A stretch of 64,000 nucleotides of DNA, from assembly GCA_002269645.1 (NCBI GenBank), contig NIVC01002471.1, forward strand, positions 107,271 through 171,270. The letters are read 5' to 3'. The notes beneath the pieces are model-generated. The model worked only from the letters and a program-made list of their open reading frames with translations, ran no database searches and was not told the origin of the DNA. Shown piece after piece: positions 50,101-62,968 of the stretch. Within the stretch, counting starts at the first letter, position 1. Every line of letters begins with the position of its first letter. Position numbers and translations under genes: made by a program. Origin of the DNA: Macrostomum lignano. Lineage: Eukaryota.

Positions 50101-53100
50101 AGCAATCAAAATATTGACTTAGTCTAGAAAAAATGTAGAAAAAGTTACCAATTTGGGTGCTAAGTTTCTCTAAGAAAGCTCAGTCTTATAAGAAAACAGA
50201 ACAACACAAGGGACCAATAACAAAGAACTCCTCCCACCAACCACATAGTGGCCAAAAAGGGGGAGGAGTTAGATAGCACACTGATTAGGACAGGTCCCTC
50301 AAAAAGTCACATTTCCTTTTATATATCCAAAATTTCATAAGACCAAAATATTTAACCCTTAAACCCTTTAAGCCTTTTAACCATTTTTGCACTGCTTTAA
50401 ATTTAATAGGAAATTAACTTATATCAAGTCAAGTTTATAAGAATTGCCTATTGAGATTTGTCTGCCAAACTTCCCACCAAGATTTGCCCCTGGTGCATTT
50501 TGCCTATGAGCAAATTGCCCACTAAAATTAGCCTATAATGCAGTTTGATAGCAAGTGAATTTTAAGTGAATTACATATAGTCACATGGCAGATTTTGTCT
50601 ACACCCCCTCCCCCAATACTTGTATCACATAAGTCTTGATGAAGAGATTTAGTAGACAAAGCAACTGTATATACATTAATTAATAGCTCACTGATGTACC
50701 CTTGAATATAGGGCCTATATAGAACTAACAAAAAAGCATTTTGCATGCAGTTATTATCTAAATGTTTTGATTGGGTAAATCTCTTTATTAAGAGTTACTA
50801 AGCATTAGGAGGCAATGCAAACAAAATCTACCACATGGCTAAATGCTCTATAGTAAAAAAGCACTATAGGCAAACCTTGTAGATAATTCAGGCAAATTGC
50901 AGTGGACAAATCTTGGGAGGCAATTCTTAATGAACAATTTGTAAATGATTCTTATATGCTCTATTAAGTCATTTAACTGTCACAGGGCTATTTCTTCTAC
51001 TCTATATATTTCAATCCCACTGTTAAGCCACCAAGTTGTAATAGGCATTTCGGCTTTCTTTATAAATCTCAAAGTTGTACTAAAGCTTTCCTTATTTAGT
51101 TAATTATATCCCTTTTTTCTAATATTTCTAACTGTCATATATTTCTAGGTAGCATTCTTGGTAGTATTCTGGTAGCATTCTTAGCAATGTTCTTGTAGCA
51201 TCATTAGTATATGGTCCAAGTGGTCTTACTGGTATATGTATTTCTCTCCAGTCTGGGCAGTACTGAGATTAGAGGGTCACAGCAATTACTCTTAGTATTC
51301 TATTTGCATGAATTCCCAATTCTGACTTTCAACCTTCTTTACAATACTCTTAGAAATAAGCAATGATCTGTGAACTGAACTCATTTGAGCTTATTAACAC
51401 AAGTTTTGAACAAGCTATAAATGATTTGATCACATGAGCAAGTTGGTTCTCTCTCCCTAAACTTTGCTCCTATTTATACTAACTGAAACAAGTGTATTTT
51501 GACAAAAGGCTATTATTATAGAGAATATTTTGAAAAGTAAAACAGCATACATTTTTGGCGTGTAAGTTTGAATTTAAGCTTTCTAAGAAACCCCATCATG
51601 GCATCATATAACCTATATATAAAGATGTGTATATATGTCTATATTCCTAGTTTTTTTAAGTAAAAGAAATTGCCAGGTTTGGTGGTCTTTCATCTTGTTG
51701 GTTGTATCAAAGGATTGAATGATTATAGGCTAAAAACAAAGTGATTATTTTTAGCAAACTTGTAAACCCATAGCAATTTTTTGTATTTTATATACAGCTA
51801 CTTGAAGTAGAAACATACAAATATGGTAAGAAAAAAATAGGAAAGATAATAGAAAAAAATATTTTTATTATTTTTTGACTTTTTTCTTCTTTTTCTTTAA
51901 TATTTAAAGATTTAATAATATAGCAAGAAAAGGACAAAAGTAAAAAAGATGCCACATCTCTATGCTCTATGCAAACTAAAATATATCATAGCCATACTTA
52001 ACTTACTTGACTTAGCTGCAGGGGGCTCCATGCGTCCAGAAACAGTGAGGAGGCGTTGCCGCTCATTTTGCTAACCCCTGGCGACCATGGGCAGCTAGTG
52101 CTGCAGTGTCATGCAGGGAGTTCCGGTGGTGCCGGTGTCCGCAGCGCGGTCCCCCTCTGGAGGGTCCAGGAGGTGGACTGTCACTCACCCAGTAGCCCTT
52201 AGGTAGCAGACAAGCTGGCAGAGATTCTCGGGCCTGAAAACATTGGAGAGGTCCTGGTTTGGGCCGAGGTAGGTGAGCCTGACCTGAGTAAAGGCGGGGC
52301 ATTCACAGATGAAGTGCTCCACATTCTCGACACTGGAGAGGCAGAATGGGCATTCCTCACTGCAGATTTTTCCCTGGAGGTAGCGATGCCTGGCAAAACA
52401 GCCATGACCTGAGAGGGCCATGGTCACTGCCCTGATGTGACCTGATGTGCCATGAATGAACTGCGGTGCTGATATGTCATGAATACTCCATGAGTCGCTG
52501 AAAGGCGAATGGGGACTAGATGTGAGAAGCTACTGGGCTGTAACCCCAAACCCAACAGCCAGCCAAAAGATAGCGACCTGGGGGTGGCTTAAGCCCTTAC
52601 CGGCCCGACCGCTAGCAACCAAGAAACTCCCCGGCTTGGAGAACCAGAGGCCAAACCAAAGGACCATCAGCGCGGTACTATACTGGGCCCTTGAGGGAGA
52701 CAAAAGGCTGTCCCCAGAGCCTGCGGACTGGCCGCATATCCTGTTAAGGTCAGAGGGTGGTACCTGTTTCTCAGAGCCATGACCAGAGGTACCTGATACG
52801 CACAGGTTCACTTCCGAGCAGAGCCCGTACCCAACACAGCCAAGACCGAGGTCAAGACTACGGGTGGGTTTGCCGCCACCAGAGCCCAGTCAGTCCAGCA
52901 GCCCTAGAGCTGCCTTGAACACATGCGGGGCGTGAACCCCTGGGTCGGCTTGTGAGTCAGCTTGGAGAGTTCTCCTGCCATTCTTGCACCAGAATAAAGG
53001 GGGTGCAGGTGTGTAGGATCGCAGACCTTAGCTCATAAGCCTGGTCTGTCTCATGCTACACAGGCGTGCTGAACCCACCAATGCATCTCTATGCTCTATG

Positions 53101-55555
53101 CAAACTACAATATTTTTATTGTCATAGCCATAAGAGAAGTTGTTTTCTGTAGGCATATTTGTTACTGCCATAAGGTACTTATTGTACCATGCTTGCTATA
53201 GTATTTCATAGCTATAACTGATGAAAATGATACCTAGGCCAAGAAGTATTCCAGAGTCACTTGCATCAATTTGAGGTGTTTTGTTGTCTGTAACTCAGGA
53301 ATGACTCTGGGGCAGTGCATGTGACTATAGGATGCTTCTAAAATGACTCTGGAACCTGTAGAGTTATATCTGAGGCGTGCTAGAGTTGCTGTAGAATTAC
53401 TGGGTTACATCAAAAGTGCATCTGCATCACTTACAAGAGTTAGGTGTCTTGCTTAAGGACCTGCATTGTTCTGAATGGGTTGAAAATCGAACCCCCAACC
53501 TCTAAGTCATGAGTCCTGCGCTACAACACCGCATTTTTAACAACTCTATCTAGTCTACTTCAGTTAGTAGATAGTAAGATTTTATGAATTTTGCATATAA
53601 AGCATTTATATCTGATTGCTCTATGCTGCCTTACAATTATTATATTGTGTTAAATTGCATTTTATTAATATGTTAAATACATAGATATGATTACATATGA
53701 ATCTCGCACCCAACAAATCCATTTGAATCGCACAGTCTGCGCTGTTGCCGGGCGCCGCAGTTCATTCCGGTCATTCCGGTCTAGGAGCTACCGCTACCGG
53801 TCTCCTTCCTACCGGTCCTATGGCGGCTCCGGCTCGTTTCGAGCGTCCAACTACAAAATGGCCCCTGGCGTCATGCGCAGGATGGGGTGAGCATTCTCAT
53901 TTGCTTGTTGCTAACGGCTTTAATTATATGACACGCTCAGCTGAGCTTCAATATCCCCAAGCATAGAGTCCCTTTAAGCTGGATTGCAATTGGTTTCATA
54001 AAATATAAGCTAGATTTTACTTTAGGATTGTATTATCAGGGATTCTTGCAGCTGGTAGCTATTTTCAGGGTATTCTCTTTAGATATTCTTAGCTGGGGTT
54101 TCAGTTGTAAGATTTTCTAGAACTCCTGGTGAGATTTTCCATGGTGATGGGTGAAGTTGATGCAGTTTTAGGTGTGAGATTCTCTAGAGTGAAGGGCAGT
54201 TTTAGGTGTGAGATTCCAAAGTGAAGAGTGAAGGGCAGTTTTAGGTGTGAGATTCTCTAGAGTGAAGGGCAATTTTAGGTGTGAGATTCCAAAGTGAAGA
54301 GTGAAGGGCAGTTTTAGGTGTGAGATTCTCTAGAGTGAAGGGCAATTTTAGGTGTGCGATTCTCTAGAGTGAAGGGCAGTTCTAGGTGTGAGATTCTCTA
54401 GAGCGAAGGGCAGTTTTAAGTGTGAGATTCTAGAGTGAAGGATAGTTTTAGGTGTGAGATTCTCTAGAGTGAAGGGCAATTTTAGGTGTGAGATTCTCTA
54501 GAGTGAAGGGCAATTTTAGGTGTGAGATTCTCTAGAGTGAAGGGCAGTTCTAGGTGTGAGATTCTCTAGAGCGAAGGGCAGTTTTAAGTGTGAGATTCTA
54601 GAGTGAAGGATAGTTTTAGGTGTGAGATTCTCTAGAGTGAAGGGCAATTTTAGGTGTGAGATTCTCTAGAGTGAAGGGCAGTTCTAGGTGTGAGATTCTC
54701 TAGAGTGAAGGGCAGTTTTAAGTGTGAGATTCTAGAGTGAAGGATAGTTTTAGGTGTGAGATTCTCTAGAGTGAAGGATAGTTTTAGGTGTGAGATTCTC
54801 TAGAGTGAAGGATATTTTTAGGTGTGAGATTCTCAAGGCATAGTGGTGGTTTTGAATTAAGACTCGTGAGTTCCCCTCTGCCACGCACTGCCAAGTTGCA
54901 TACATTTTGAATTTCCCAATCCCGCAGCGGTATAGGCATTAATAAGAAAATGCTGCTAGCCGCCGGCTCTGTGTACATCGCCTACAAGCTGCGGCCGAAA
55001 TTCCACATTGGCGGCGGCTACAGATACGATTCTGATGACTACGCGATCTGCCGGGGCAATTTCACTGGCCGGAATGAACAGAATGTGACCATAAGCTACA
55101 AGTATTTCATCTGCCCAACGGACATCAATTACATTATCCGTTGGGACAATAGAAAGTACTGCTGCGGCCCTGTTGAACAGCAGTACTGCTGCGACAAAGA
55201 GGAATTCTATCTGCAGTATGGCAATCGTATTGTTGGCCTATCTGGCGCTGTGATTGCCATAATCAGCGTGCTGTCAATTCTGTTCCTATGCTGCTGCTGC
55301 GGTCTGATGCTCTACTGCAAATTCCGCAACCGGAGGCCCGGCCACCATCAGCAGCCAACGCCTGTGCCTACTGAGGATCCGGCCGGCAAAACTGCATCCG
55401 CCTATCCGATGCAGCCGCAGGCCGCCTATCCGCCTCCGCTGCCCACTGGCGGGGTCTCCTCAGCTGAGTCAGCTCCGCCCTATCCGATCTACCAGCCGCC
55501 TGGCGGAGCTCCGCCGCCTAATCTGCCACCGCCGGCTTATCCCGGGCCGATGTGA
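47169..55555 (+). CDS. Shisa-like single-pass transmembrane adaptor with a basic Arg/Ser-rich N-terminus, 273 aa
   Basis: Exons 47169-47211, 53736-53886, 54928-55555 (822 nt; phases 1 and 2 match). Signal peptide MRLALVLVFFSVILVCAVAG; six-Cys ectodomain C..C..CC..CC; TM; juxtamembrane CCCC; Pro-rich tail ending PPPAY (PPxY). The link to exon 1 spans a 6.5-kb intron and is inferred from phase and the complete signal peptide. Confidence 0.8.
48281..48808. repeat. Three tandem copies of a 178-179-bp unit
   Basis: AATTCCC(G/A)TAAGGAT starts at 48281, 48460 and 48638; copies nearly identical. Confidence 0.92.
52001..53084 (-). mobile_element. 5'-truncated non-LTR retrotransposon (C-terminal zinc-knuckle region and 3' end)
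   Basis: ALSGHGCFARHRYLQGKICSEECPFCLSSVENVEHFICECPAF (CCHC-type LINE ORF2 end); GC-rich island in AT-rich DNA; short TAAG-type tail; flanked by a direct repeat of about 45 bp starting CATCTCTATGCTCTATGCAAACTA (about 51956 and 53085). Confidence 0.75.
54160..54835. repeat. 34-bp minisatellite (about 20 copies) in intron 2 of the Shisa-like gene
   Basis: Unit GTTTTAGGTGTGAGATTCTCTAGAGTGAAGGGCA. Confidence 0.95.
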
Positions 55556-55994
55556 AGTCGGCGGCTGCGATTTTCCCGCTATATTCATGGGATATTGGGA
55601 CTGTAAAACCAGTGGGAATAATACAGGGAACTGACCATTTACACTGGGAATGGGTGTAGGGCAGTAGTCGGCAAACGCCAGCCCTCGGTTTCTTTGAAAC
55701 TTCACAATAGCAATCCGGCCCGCTCAATGTTTACATCTCTTCTCAGCGCTCTTCTCTCTAATCTTCACTCTCTCCTCTCTTCTCTATCATTCTATCATCT
55801 CTCGTCTCCTCTCTTCTCATCTCCCCTCTACCCTCTATCCTCCTCTCTCTCCTCTTCTCTCCACTCCTCTCTTCTCCTCTCTATGTTCTCTATCTTGTCC
55901 ATTGGGGTATAACAGTTTGTTGACCCATGTTGTAGGGCAGTCGCTAGCTGTGGTAGAAATCTGATCTAGTGTTTTCAGAAGCTTGAAACCTCAT

Positions 55995-56730
55995 TAGATC
56001 AAAAACCTTATGAACTCGAAAATTCAACAGATCAAAAACCTTATGAACTCGAAAATTCAACAGATCAAAACTTTATGAACTCGAAAATTCAACAGATCAA
56101 AAACTTTATGAACTCGAAAATTCAACAGATCAAAACTTTATGAACTCGAAAATTCAACAGATCAAAACTTTATGAACTCGAAAATTCAACAGATCAAAAC
56201 TTTATGAACTCGAAAATTCAACAGATCAAAACTTTATGAACTCGAAAATTCAACAGATCAAAAACTTTATGAACTCGAAAATTCAACAGATCAAAACTTT
56301 CTGAACTCGAAAATTCAACAGATCAAAACTTTATGAACTCGAAAATTCAACAGATCAAAACTTTATGAACTCGAAAATTCAACAGATCAAAAACTTTATG
56401 AACTCGAAAATTCAACAGATCAAAACTTTATGAACTCGAAAATTCAACAGATCAAAACTTTATGAACTCGAAAATTCAACAGATCAAAAACTTTATAAAC
56501 TCGAAAATTCAACAGATCAAAACTTTATGAACTCGAAAATTCAACAGATCAAAACTTTATGAACTCGAAAATTCAATAGATCAAAACTTTATGAACTCGA
56601 AAATTCAACAGATCAAAACTTTATAAACTCGAAAATTCAACAGATCAAAACTTTATAAACTCGAAAATTCAACAGATCAAAACTTTATGAACTCGAAAAT
56701 TCAACAGATCTAAACTTTATGAACTCCAAA
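55995..56730. repeat. 32-bp minisatellite (about 22 copies)
   Basis: Unit AACTCGAAAATTCAACAGATCAAAACTTTATG. Confidence 0.95.
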
Positions 56731-59700
56731 CTTTATTTCAGATAAAAAACTTTATATCACCCGTAAGTGCAGACGTTTAGTGATTTTTGATGATCTCGCG
56801 GTAGTAGTGATCAAAAACTGCAGTAAAATAACTTTTTTGGCTGGTTTATTTAATTATAACGTTTTTTAAGGCGCTCCAATGGAGCAGCACAGGTGAACAA
56901 GCTAATGATACTCGTACTAAAGTTTTCGTTAGATAAGATAAGCTTGTCTGTCTTGACGCATGCTGGCTTAATTTGCAGTTGAATTGAGGACTCTGTGTCC
57001 AGTTGCAAGCTGACTTGCAAGTTGAAATTGTTTTATTGGTTTAAAATTTCTCTAACAGTTGAGTGTGCGTTGCTATGTGATCTTTTTGACTATTTGTATG
57101 GCAATTTACCTGTTTACATTAATTTTAACTTGTTAATTTGATCTTCTCAATTGTTATAAAAATATTAACGTATTTTTAACAAAACGCTTAAGCTCGCTTT
57201 TGTAAGTTCAATCGGTTGTGCTAAATTCTGCAAACGAAAATTGAAAATTGAAAAAAATGAAAATTTTCGCATCCACTTTGTTTAACAGTGCGAGTTTTTG
57301 TACCAAACAATTATTGTTCAAAATAATAGCAAGCCATTAGTTTATCCAGTTATTCATTACAACAATCCAGTTATGTTATTGTGCAATGTCTAATAGTTAT
57401 GATGTTATTTATTCGATCTATAAGATACTTTGCACTTTCGCTTTTTACCTCGTTTTTTATGCGTCTTAAAGCTAGCTGATCAGCACAACTATATGCCTTG
57501 TTGCAGTTAATATTCAAGTCAGTTATTATTCAGTGAATAGACTAAATAATCACTCTGTGTGATCCTGCAGCATCTCATTAAAAGATGAGCACTTTTTAAA
57601 TTGTCCAGCAACGTAAAATGTCCGTATGCAACCGTGCAGCACTCTTGTTTACCTATTTTACATTGTGCCTGACAGTGCTATTTAAGATGAAGTAGCCATT
57701 CGTTTAGGCTAGATATATTCAGCACTAAAAATAACCATCTTTAAAGATGTAGTTTGAAATTGAGATTTATAGTATTTTTTATGTGGTTATCAGGAGTGGC
57801 GGGTCGGGGGGGTCGGCTGACCCCCGGTAATAAACTTAAATTCCCCACTGGTTATCAAAGATGACGAAAAATAATTAACTAATTAACGAAAAATAATTAA
57901 CAAAAAATTAAGCTATAGGATACATGCAGATACATGTGAACTGTTGTGAAATTCATACATATGTAGCTGTTGCAGTAGTATTGTGTATATCGTCGTGGTG
58001 GATCCACGGAGTGGGCAAGGAAGCCATGGTCCCCAGCCTTGTTTTTTCACTTTTAGTAAGGCTTACGTATAGGCTTGCTTCTCCAAATTTTTTCTAAATC
58101 CGCGCCTGCATCTGCATGGTCCTCTACGTGCGCAATTACGTGTACATATAAAAAGCCCAGATGAATATTGATGGATTTTAAAAACTACAGCGCAGCAGCA
58201 TTACTACATGTATGTATGCATTTGTAAGAAAGAAATGTAACCTAGATTTAGTGCGGCTTCAATTTTTATTACTTGTAACGCAACAAAACTCAAGATGCAT
58301 GTACTAGGGACCCACAATTAGAAGTTATCGTTTGTATCAGGACGTAGCACGTTCAGATATTGCGTGTAACTTCTACTGGTCCTAGGACCTTAGCATGTAC
58401 ATTCTGTATTTACATATCAAATGCACCATTGCCCAACCAACCACTAAAACGAAACTGTGTACTTTTTAAAAAAAATATACTAAAACTGTCACCATGTAAA
58501 AAATTCCATTAAAAATGTAACTATGCATCCTTATGAAAATTTTAAATACTAAAAATAGTTTGTCCGTATGTATCTATAAATGTAATTTATTTAGAAAATT
58601 TAAACTAAATACGTATACAATTTGTTTTAAAGAAGTCTTACGGTAATGAAAATTATTGCTTTTAAATTTACATGTTGTCTTGCGATGCAAAAGATCGATC
58701 CGGAGTGGCTGGGTTACCAAAGCAACAGCAACAACAACAACAATATTGTCTTTTGCTTCGAGGTCACTTTTTAATTTTACTATAAATAGTTTGCTATCTA
58801 TCGCTGATAATAACGATGCATTGTGCAATCAAACCGAGTCATGTGATACTTTTTAGTGGAGTATCATTGACTTCCAGTGAGTAACCATGGCACAGTTTGT
58901 TTCTACGTTATTCATTTTTGTGATTCACAAGGGCAAATTTTTTAAATCGCAGACTAAAAGCTATTCAATTGAACTATAACAATCAAACAGCAAGTGAAAA
59001 TGATTAGTGATATAGATTAAGGATGTAATTTTTTCTTTTATTATAGTTTAGAATTTTAACAGTAAAAAAACAGCAGTAAGGACTTCAAGAGTAGTTAAGG
59101 AAAATCATTTTAAAAATATCTTCTATTGCCTCAATAACAGTAAAGTGCGTGCGTTTGCTTTATTCAATGAACTCGACAAATAACAACTAAAAAAATCCCT
59201 TAAAACGAAAATTTTTACTTTATTGAAGTTTATGATCGATTTTTAATCTTTTTTTATGATCACTTAGAATCTTAAAATCTAAAGCTATACTGTGCATTTA
59301 AATTTATTTCTGCCACTTTTAAGTGTAAATATACAAAAGAATAAACTTGCTACACTATTTAAGAAAGTGGTTCATTAAATATTCATTAAATATAAAGTTA
59401 ATTATATATTTATGGATATAAACTTATAAATCAATGACTTCAAAATAACCATATTATTTATATACTTGTTGAGGAATAAGCCAATACACAGATACGTAAA
59501 TTGAGTCTGCTACAAATTCATTTTACTCACAGATTAGTTTATTATTCACAAAGTTGGAATTTAACCTTCAATGTCAGTATTACATTGATATTGACCGTAT
59601 AAAATGTTTGCAAATGAATTAATACACGTGTGTATATTTTAATTATTTATTTCGATATAATTTTTTATAGTGATTGCAGATTATTAGCTGCTTTTACATT

Positions 59701-59911
59701 GCAGATCTCAGTATAGTGAGACTGTGTACTTACACGGAAAAGAATCTCGATTTATACTGAGAAAAAAATAAGTACCATTTTTCGCTTCATTAGTTATTCT
59801 TAGACAATTCCTTACAAATCTTTGAACGCTAACACTGCAGCACAATTGCCACTTTACTTTGATCTTTACAATGTTCACACTTTACTGTCTACCTTTCCGA
59901 CTCTCCAACAG

Positions 59912-60288
59912 GCCCGCTGCTGGTCCACGCCAGGGGCGGCGTGGCCCGCTTCGGCAGCTTTGCCGCCTACAAGATGCAGACCAATTCAGACTGGCAATAC
60001 ACGGCCAGCTATTATAACTACTTCAGCAGCTCGAACTCCGGCCTGTTCAGCAGCACCACAATCTTCATCGTCATGTCCTGCCTGCTAATATTCCTGGTCA
60101 GCGTGCTGGTGTTCTGCAAATGCTACGCCAGGCGGCACAGCATCCAGCAGCAGCACGCGCTCCTGCTGCAGCACCAGGAGCACAGCGGCATCACGGAGCA
60201 ACAGCAGCCAGTGCAAGCGGACCCCGTTCCCATGAGCACGAGCCCCGAGCCGCCAAATTATTATTCGGCTGTTAGCGGCGGGCAATAA
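59912..60288 (+). CDS. Last exon of a small single-pass membrane protein with a PPxY motif (5' exon not located)
   Basis: Acceptor CTCTCCAACAG, phase 1; PLLVHA^RGGVARFGSFAAYKM...; TM IFIVMSCLLIFLVSVLVF; CKC; Gln-rich tail; PPNY; strongly GC3-biased codons. Confidence 0.75.
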
Positions 60289-62455
60289 TCAATTCAACGA
60301 CGAATTGAGTAGAAAGGCTTATGGGGAAACTTACGAGACTTCCTGGAAAATATTTTAAGACTAGCTAGCTGGAGCCCAGAGAAATTATTCTGCCATTATA
60401 GTTTTTAGGCTTCACAAAAACCATAAAAGTTAGTAAAAGCAGCAGAATAAACTAAAATCAATGACGAATAAGCTTGGTAATGAGTATATACATGTATAAC
60501 GACCAGTATTCAATTTGCTTTCCGATAAAATCTATTCCTATTTTGAAAACAATTTCCACCTCGATATTGTAGTTTTCGCCTAAAGCAGTCTGTAGAGTTT
60601 CTAAGAAACGTATAAGTTGTCTTTTTCCAATCGACCGATTTTCCTTGATTATATTTAACCTGCTGAATTCTTAATGAATAATTAACAAGCTTGCAGACCA
60701 TTTTATTTGGACACTAAGTAATGCTGAAGCCCCCGCACATATAACTCTGATTTACACGTTTTTAGATTAAATATTTCCTCTTGCATTCTTTGAGCTATAC
60801 TACATGCACATGTAAGTATGAGTTACATAGCATCAAGGCAAGCCGGAATCTTATATGCGTGACTTCCTTCCATGAAGTGATCTTGTGGGAAGTTTGAACT
60901 AAAGGACGCGTGTACATATACATTCGCACATTTTCTATTGCTCTGCAGAATTCAAGTCCTTTTAGTTCGCTTTTTCCTGTGTTTTAACCCTGTGTTTTAA
61001 TCCTGTGTTTTAACCCCAGTCAATAAATTTGCAAATACAACAAAGCACAAAAGCAAATATTTTGTTAACCATCAGGCGAAACACGACTCTTTGCTGCAAC
61101 AGCAACCATCAACCAGTTGTTGTCGGGCACCTCGACGGTTGATGACAGCAGGGCGAGAGCAGCGTCGGCGTTACAGTATAGCTAAGTACACTTGAGCTGC
61201 CACTCCGGTTGGCATCGACCCACGTACGCGTCGCCCGCAGCAGAAAGCCGTCGTCATCATGGTGGGAAGAGCAATCTGCAACATCCAGTCAAGCAGTACG
61301 AACAGCGCTAGCGTACCTGTATCTCCCTTGCTGGAACACCCCCATGCACCTTGTGTTGCTCTCTAGGGATACTCAATACTCGGGACGGAAAAGGACAAAA
61401 CTTGGAGGCCAATCTATTATAATGACTTTAGTCCTCGCAAAGCATTAGTTCGATAGAATTGTACCTTGTACGCTCGTATAGTCAGTGAATTTGTGGCTGT
61501 GGTAAAAACCTATCCAATTAATAAGCCTCCAAGTTGTTTTTCGCGTCGGGTATTTAGTATAGTCTCTGGGTGCTCACTTGCCCAGTGTCCTAGGATTAGC
61601 AATGGTGTTACATTTAGCTCGATTTTACATGTATCTTCATGTAGCGAGTATAGATGCCAATAGCGCTGAGCCATTCCGAGGTACCTAAGTTTTAAGTGAT
61701 TAAGCCGGCTGAGCTTAATAGACTTTCATAAACCTCTTGATCATTGTCAGCAAAGTTTCAATTTGTGCCAAACAAGTAGCTACGTGAAGTGGAACCGTAA
61801 AAATTGACAATCGGACAATGAATACATGTAAAAGCATAGTCTGGAAAAAACTGCATCCATTTTTTTTGCTTTCCCTAGCTGGCTGACCCTTTAATTTGAT
61901 TCGCAGAGCAGCATAAGCATGTGATCTCAGGCCTAGCTGCATCCATTACACCATTTGATTTATCTGCAGATACTTACTAATCTCGAGTCTCGTGAGCCAT
62001 CCTTGCTCGATGCCTCGATCTGTCATCCCTATGGGAAAATTCGACCAAATAAAAAGCGCTCCAGCTTATCTGTTCTGTCCCCAATCGGCTGCCGCAGCGC
62101 TGTGCATAACTAACGAGACCGACAGGCCTCTGGGGCATAGTAAGAAATTCTATAGGATTAGCTGCAGAAGACGAGCTTGCCTGCTATTTTCAGCCAAGTC
62201 AGAGGAGCGAGGCCTCAGTGTACTAATAGCTGTATACCAGCGTAGCATCAGCAGCCTCCACGCGAAGCCAACCCACAAAAATTGCGGGCAAAATCATGAC
62301 AAGCTACTTACTAAAGAAGTGAAGATAGTAGAACGTATGATGCTATTTTCAACTCATGAGCATACTTTGTGAGCATAGTGAGCATAGTGAGCAACTCGTG
62401 AGCATAGAAGCACTATGCGGTGTGTATTTCTATGGCCAAGGGTATGCAAACAAAT

Positions 62456-62968
62456 CATGGACTTCTATACTTAGCATCTGGACTGGAAGCGAAAAAATTC
62501 TCGCAAAAAAAATTACCACATGAGGCCAATTGTTTCCATAGATATGCATTTATCAAAAACTGCTGCGGTTTATATCGAATACAACTAAACTCACTTTCTT
62601 CATTTGACTCTGCATAATGAAAGCATATCCTTCGTTATGGTGAATAAGTGTTCGGCATTCGGCTGCAGGAGTGATGACATTGTTGACGAGATGATGGAGG
62701 ACAGCATTTACCTGGAACATTTCATGGGTCAGATGATGTGCACGGCTGGCCATGATGTAAAAGAGGGAATTATTTGCGCATTTTTCAACTGCATGCTGAA
62801 ACATTTGGTCAAAGATATTTCGGTTGGTGGAGCTGGAGCCAAAAGTAAGCGAAAGTCGGCTAAACTTTCCAGTGGCAGTTCATACTAACAACTTTGATTT
62901 CTGATGGCTTCATGTGGTAACGCGAATTTTTTCGCTTCCAGTCCAGATGCTAAGTATAGAAGTCCATG
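62456..62968 (+). mobile_element. Internally deleted P-element-superfamily transposon (513 bp)
   Basis: Perfect 45-bp TIRs CATGGACTTCTATACTTAGCATCTGGACTGGAAGCGAAAAAATTC; perfect 8-bp TSD AAACAAAT (62448-62455, 62969-62976); internal ORF 62637-62888 begins MVNKCSAFGCRS, like a THAP-domain start, fused to a transposase-like C-terminus. Confidence 0.85.

Noticed and set aside
58672-58762. MLSCDAKDRSG...QYCLLLRG as first exon of the 59912-60288 gene
   Set aside because: The phase fits, but the donor (GTCACT) is weak and the peptide is not signal-peptide-like, so it was left unassigned.
61130-61400. GC-richer patch with a TM-like minus-strand translation (ALFVLLDWMLQIALPTMMTTAFCCGRR)
   Set aside because: There is no start codon, exon chain or recognisable motif, so evidence is insufficient.
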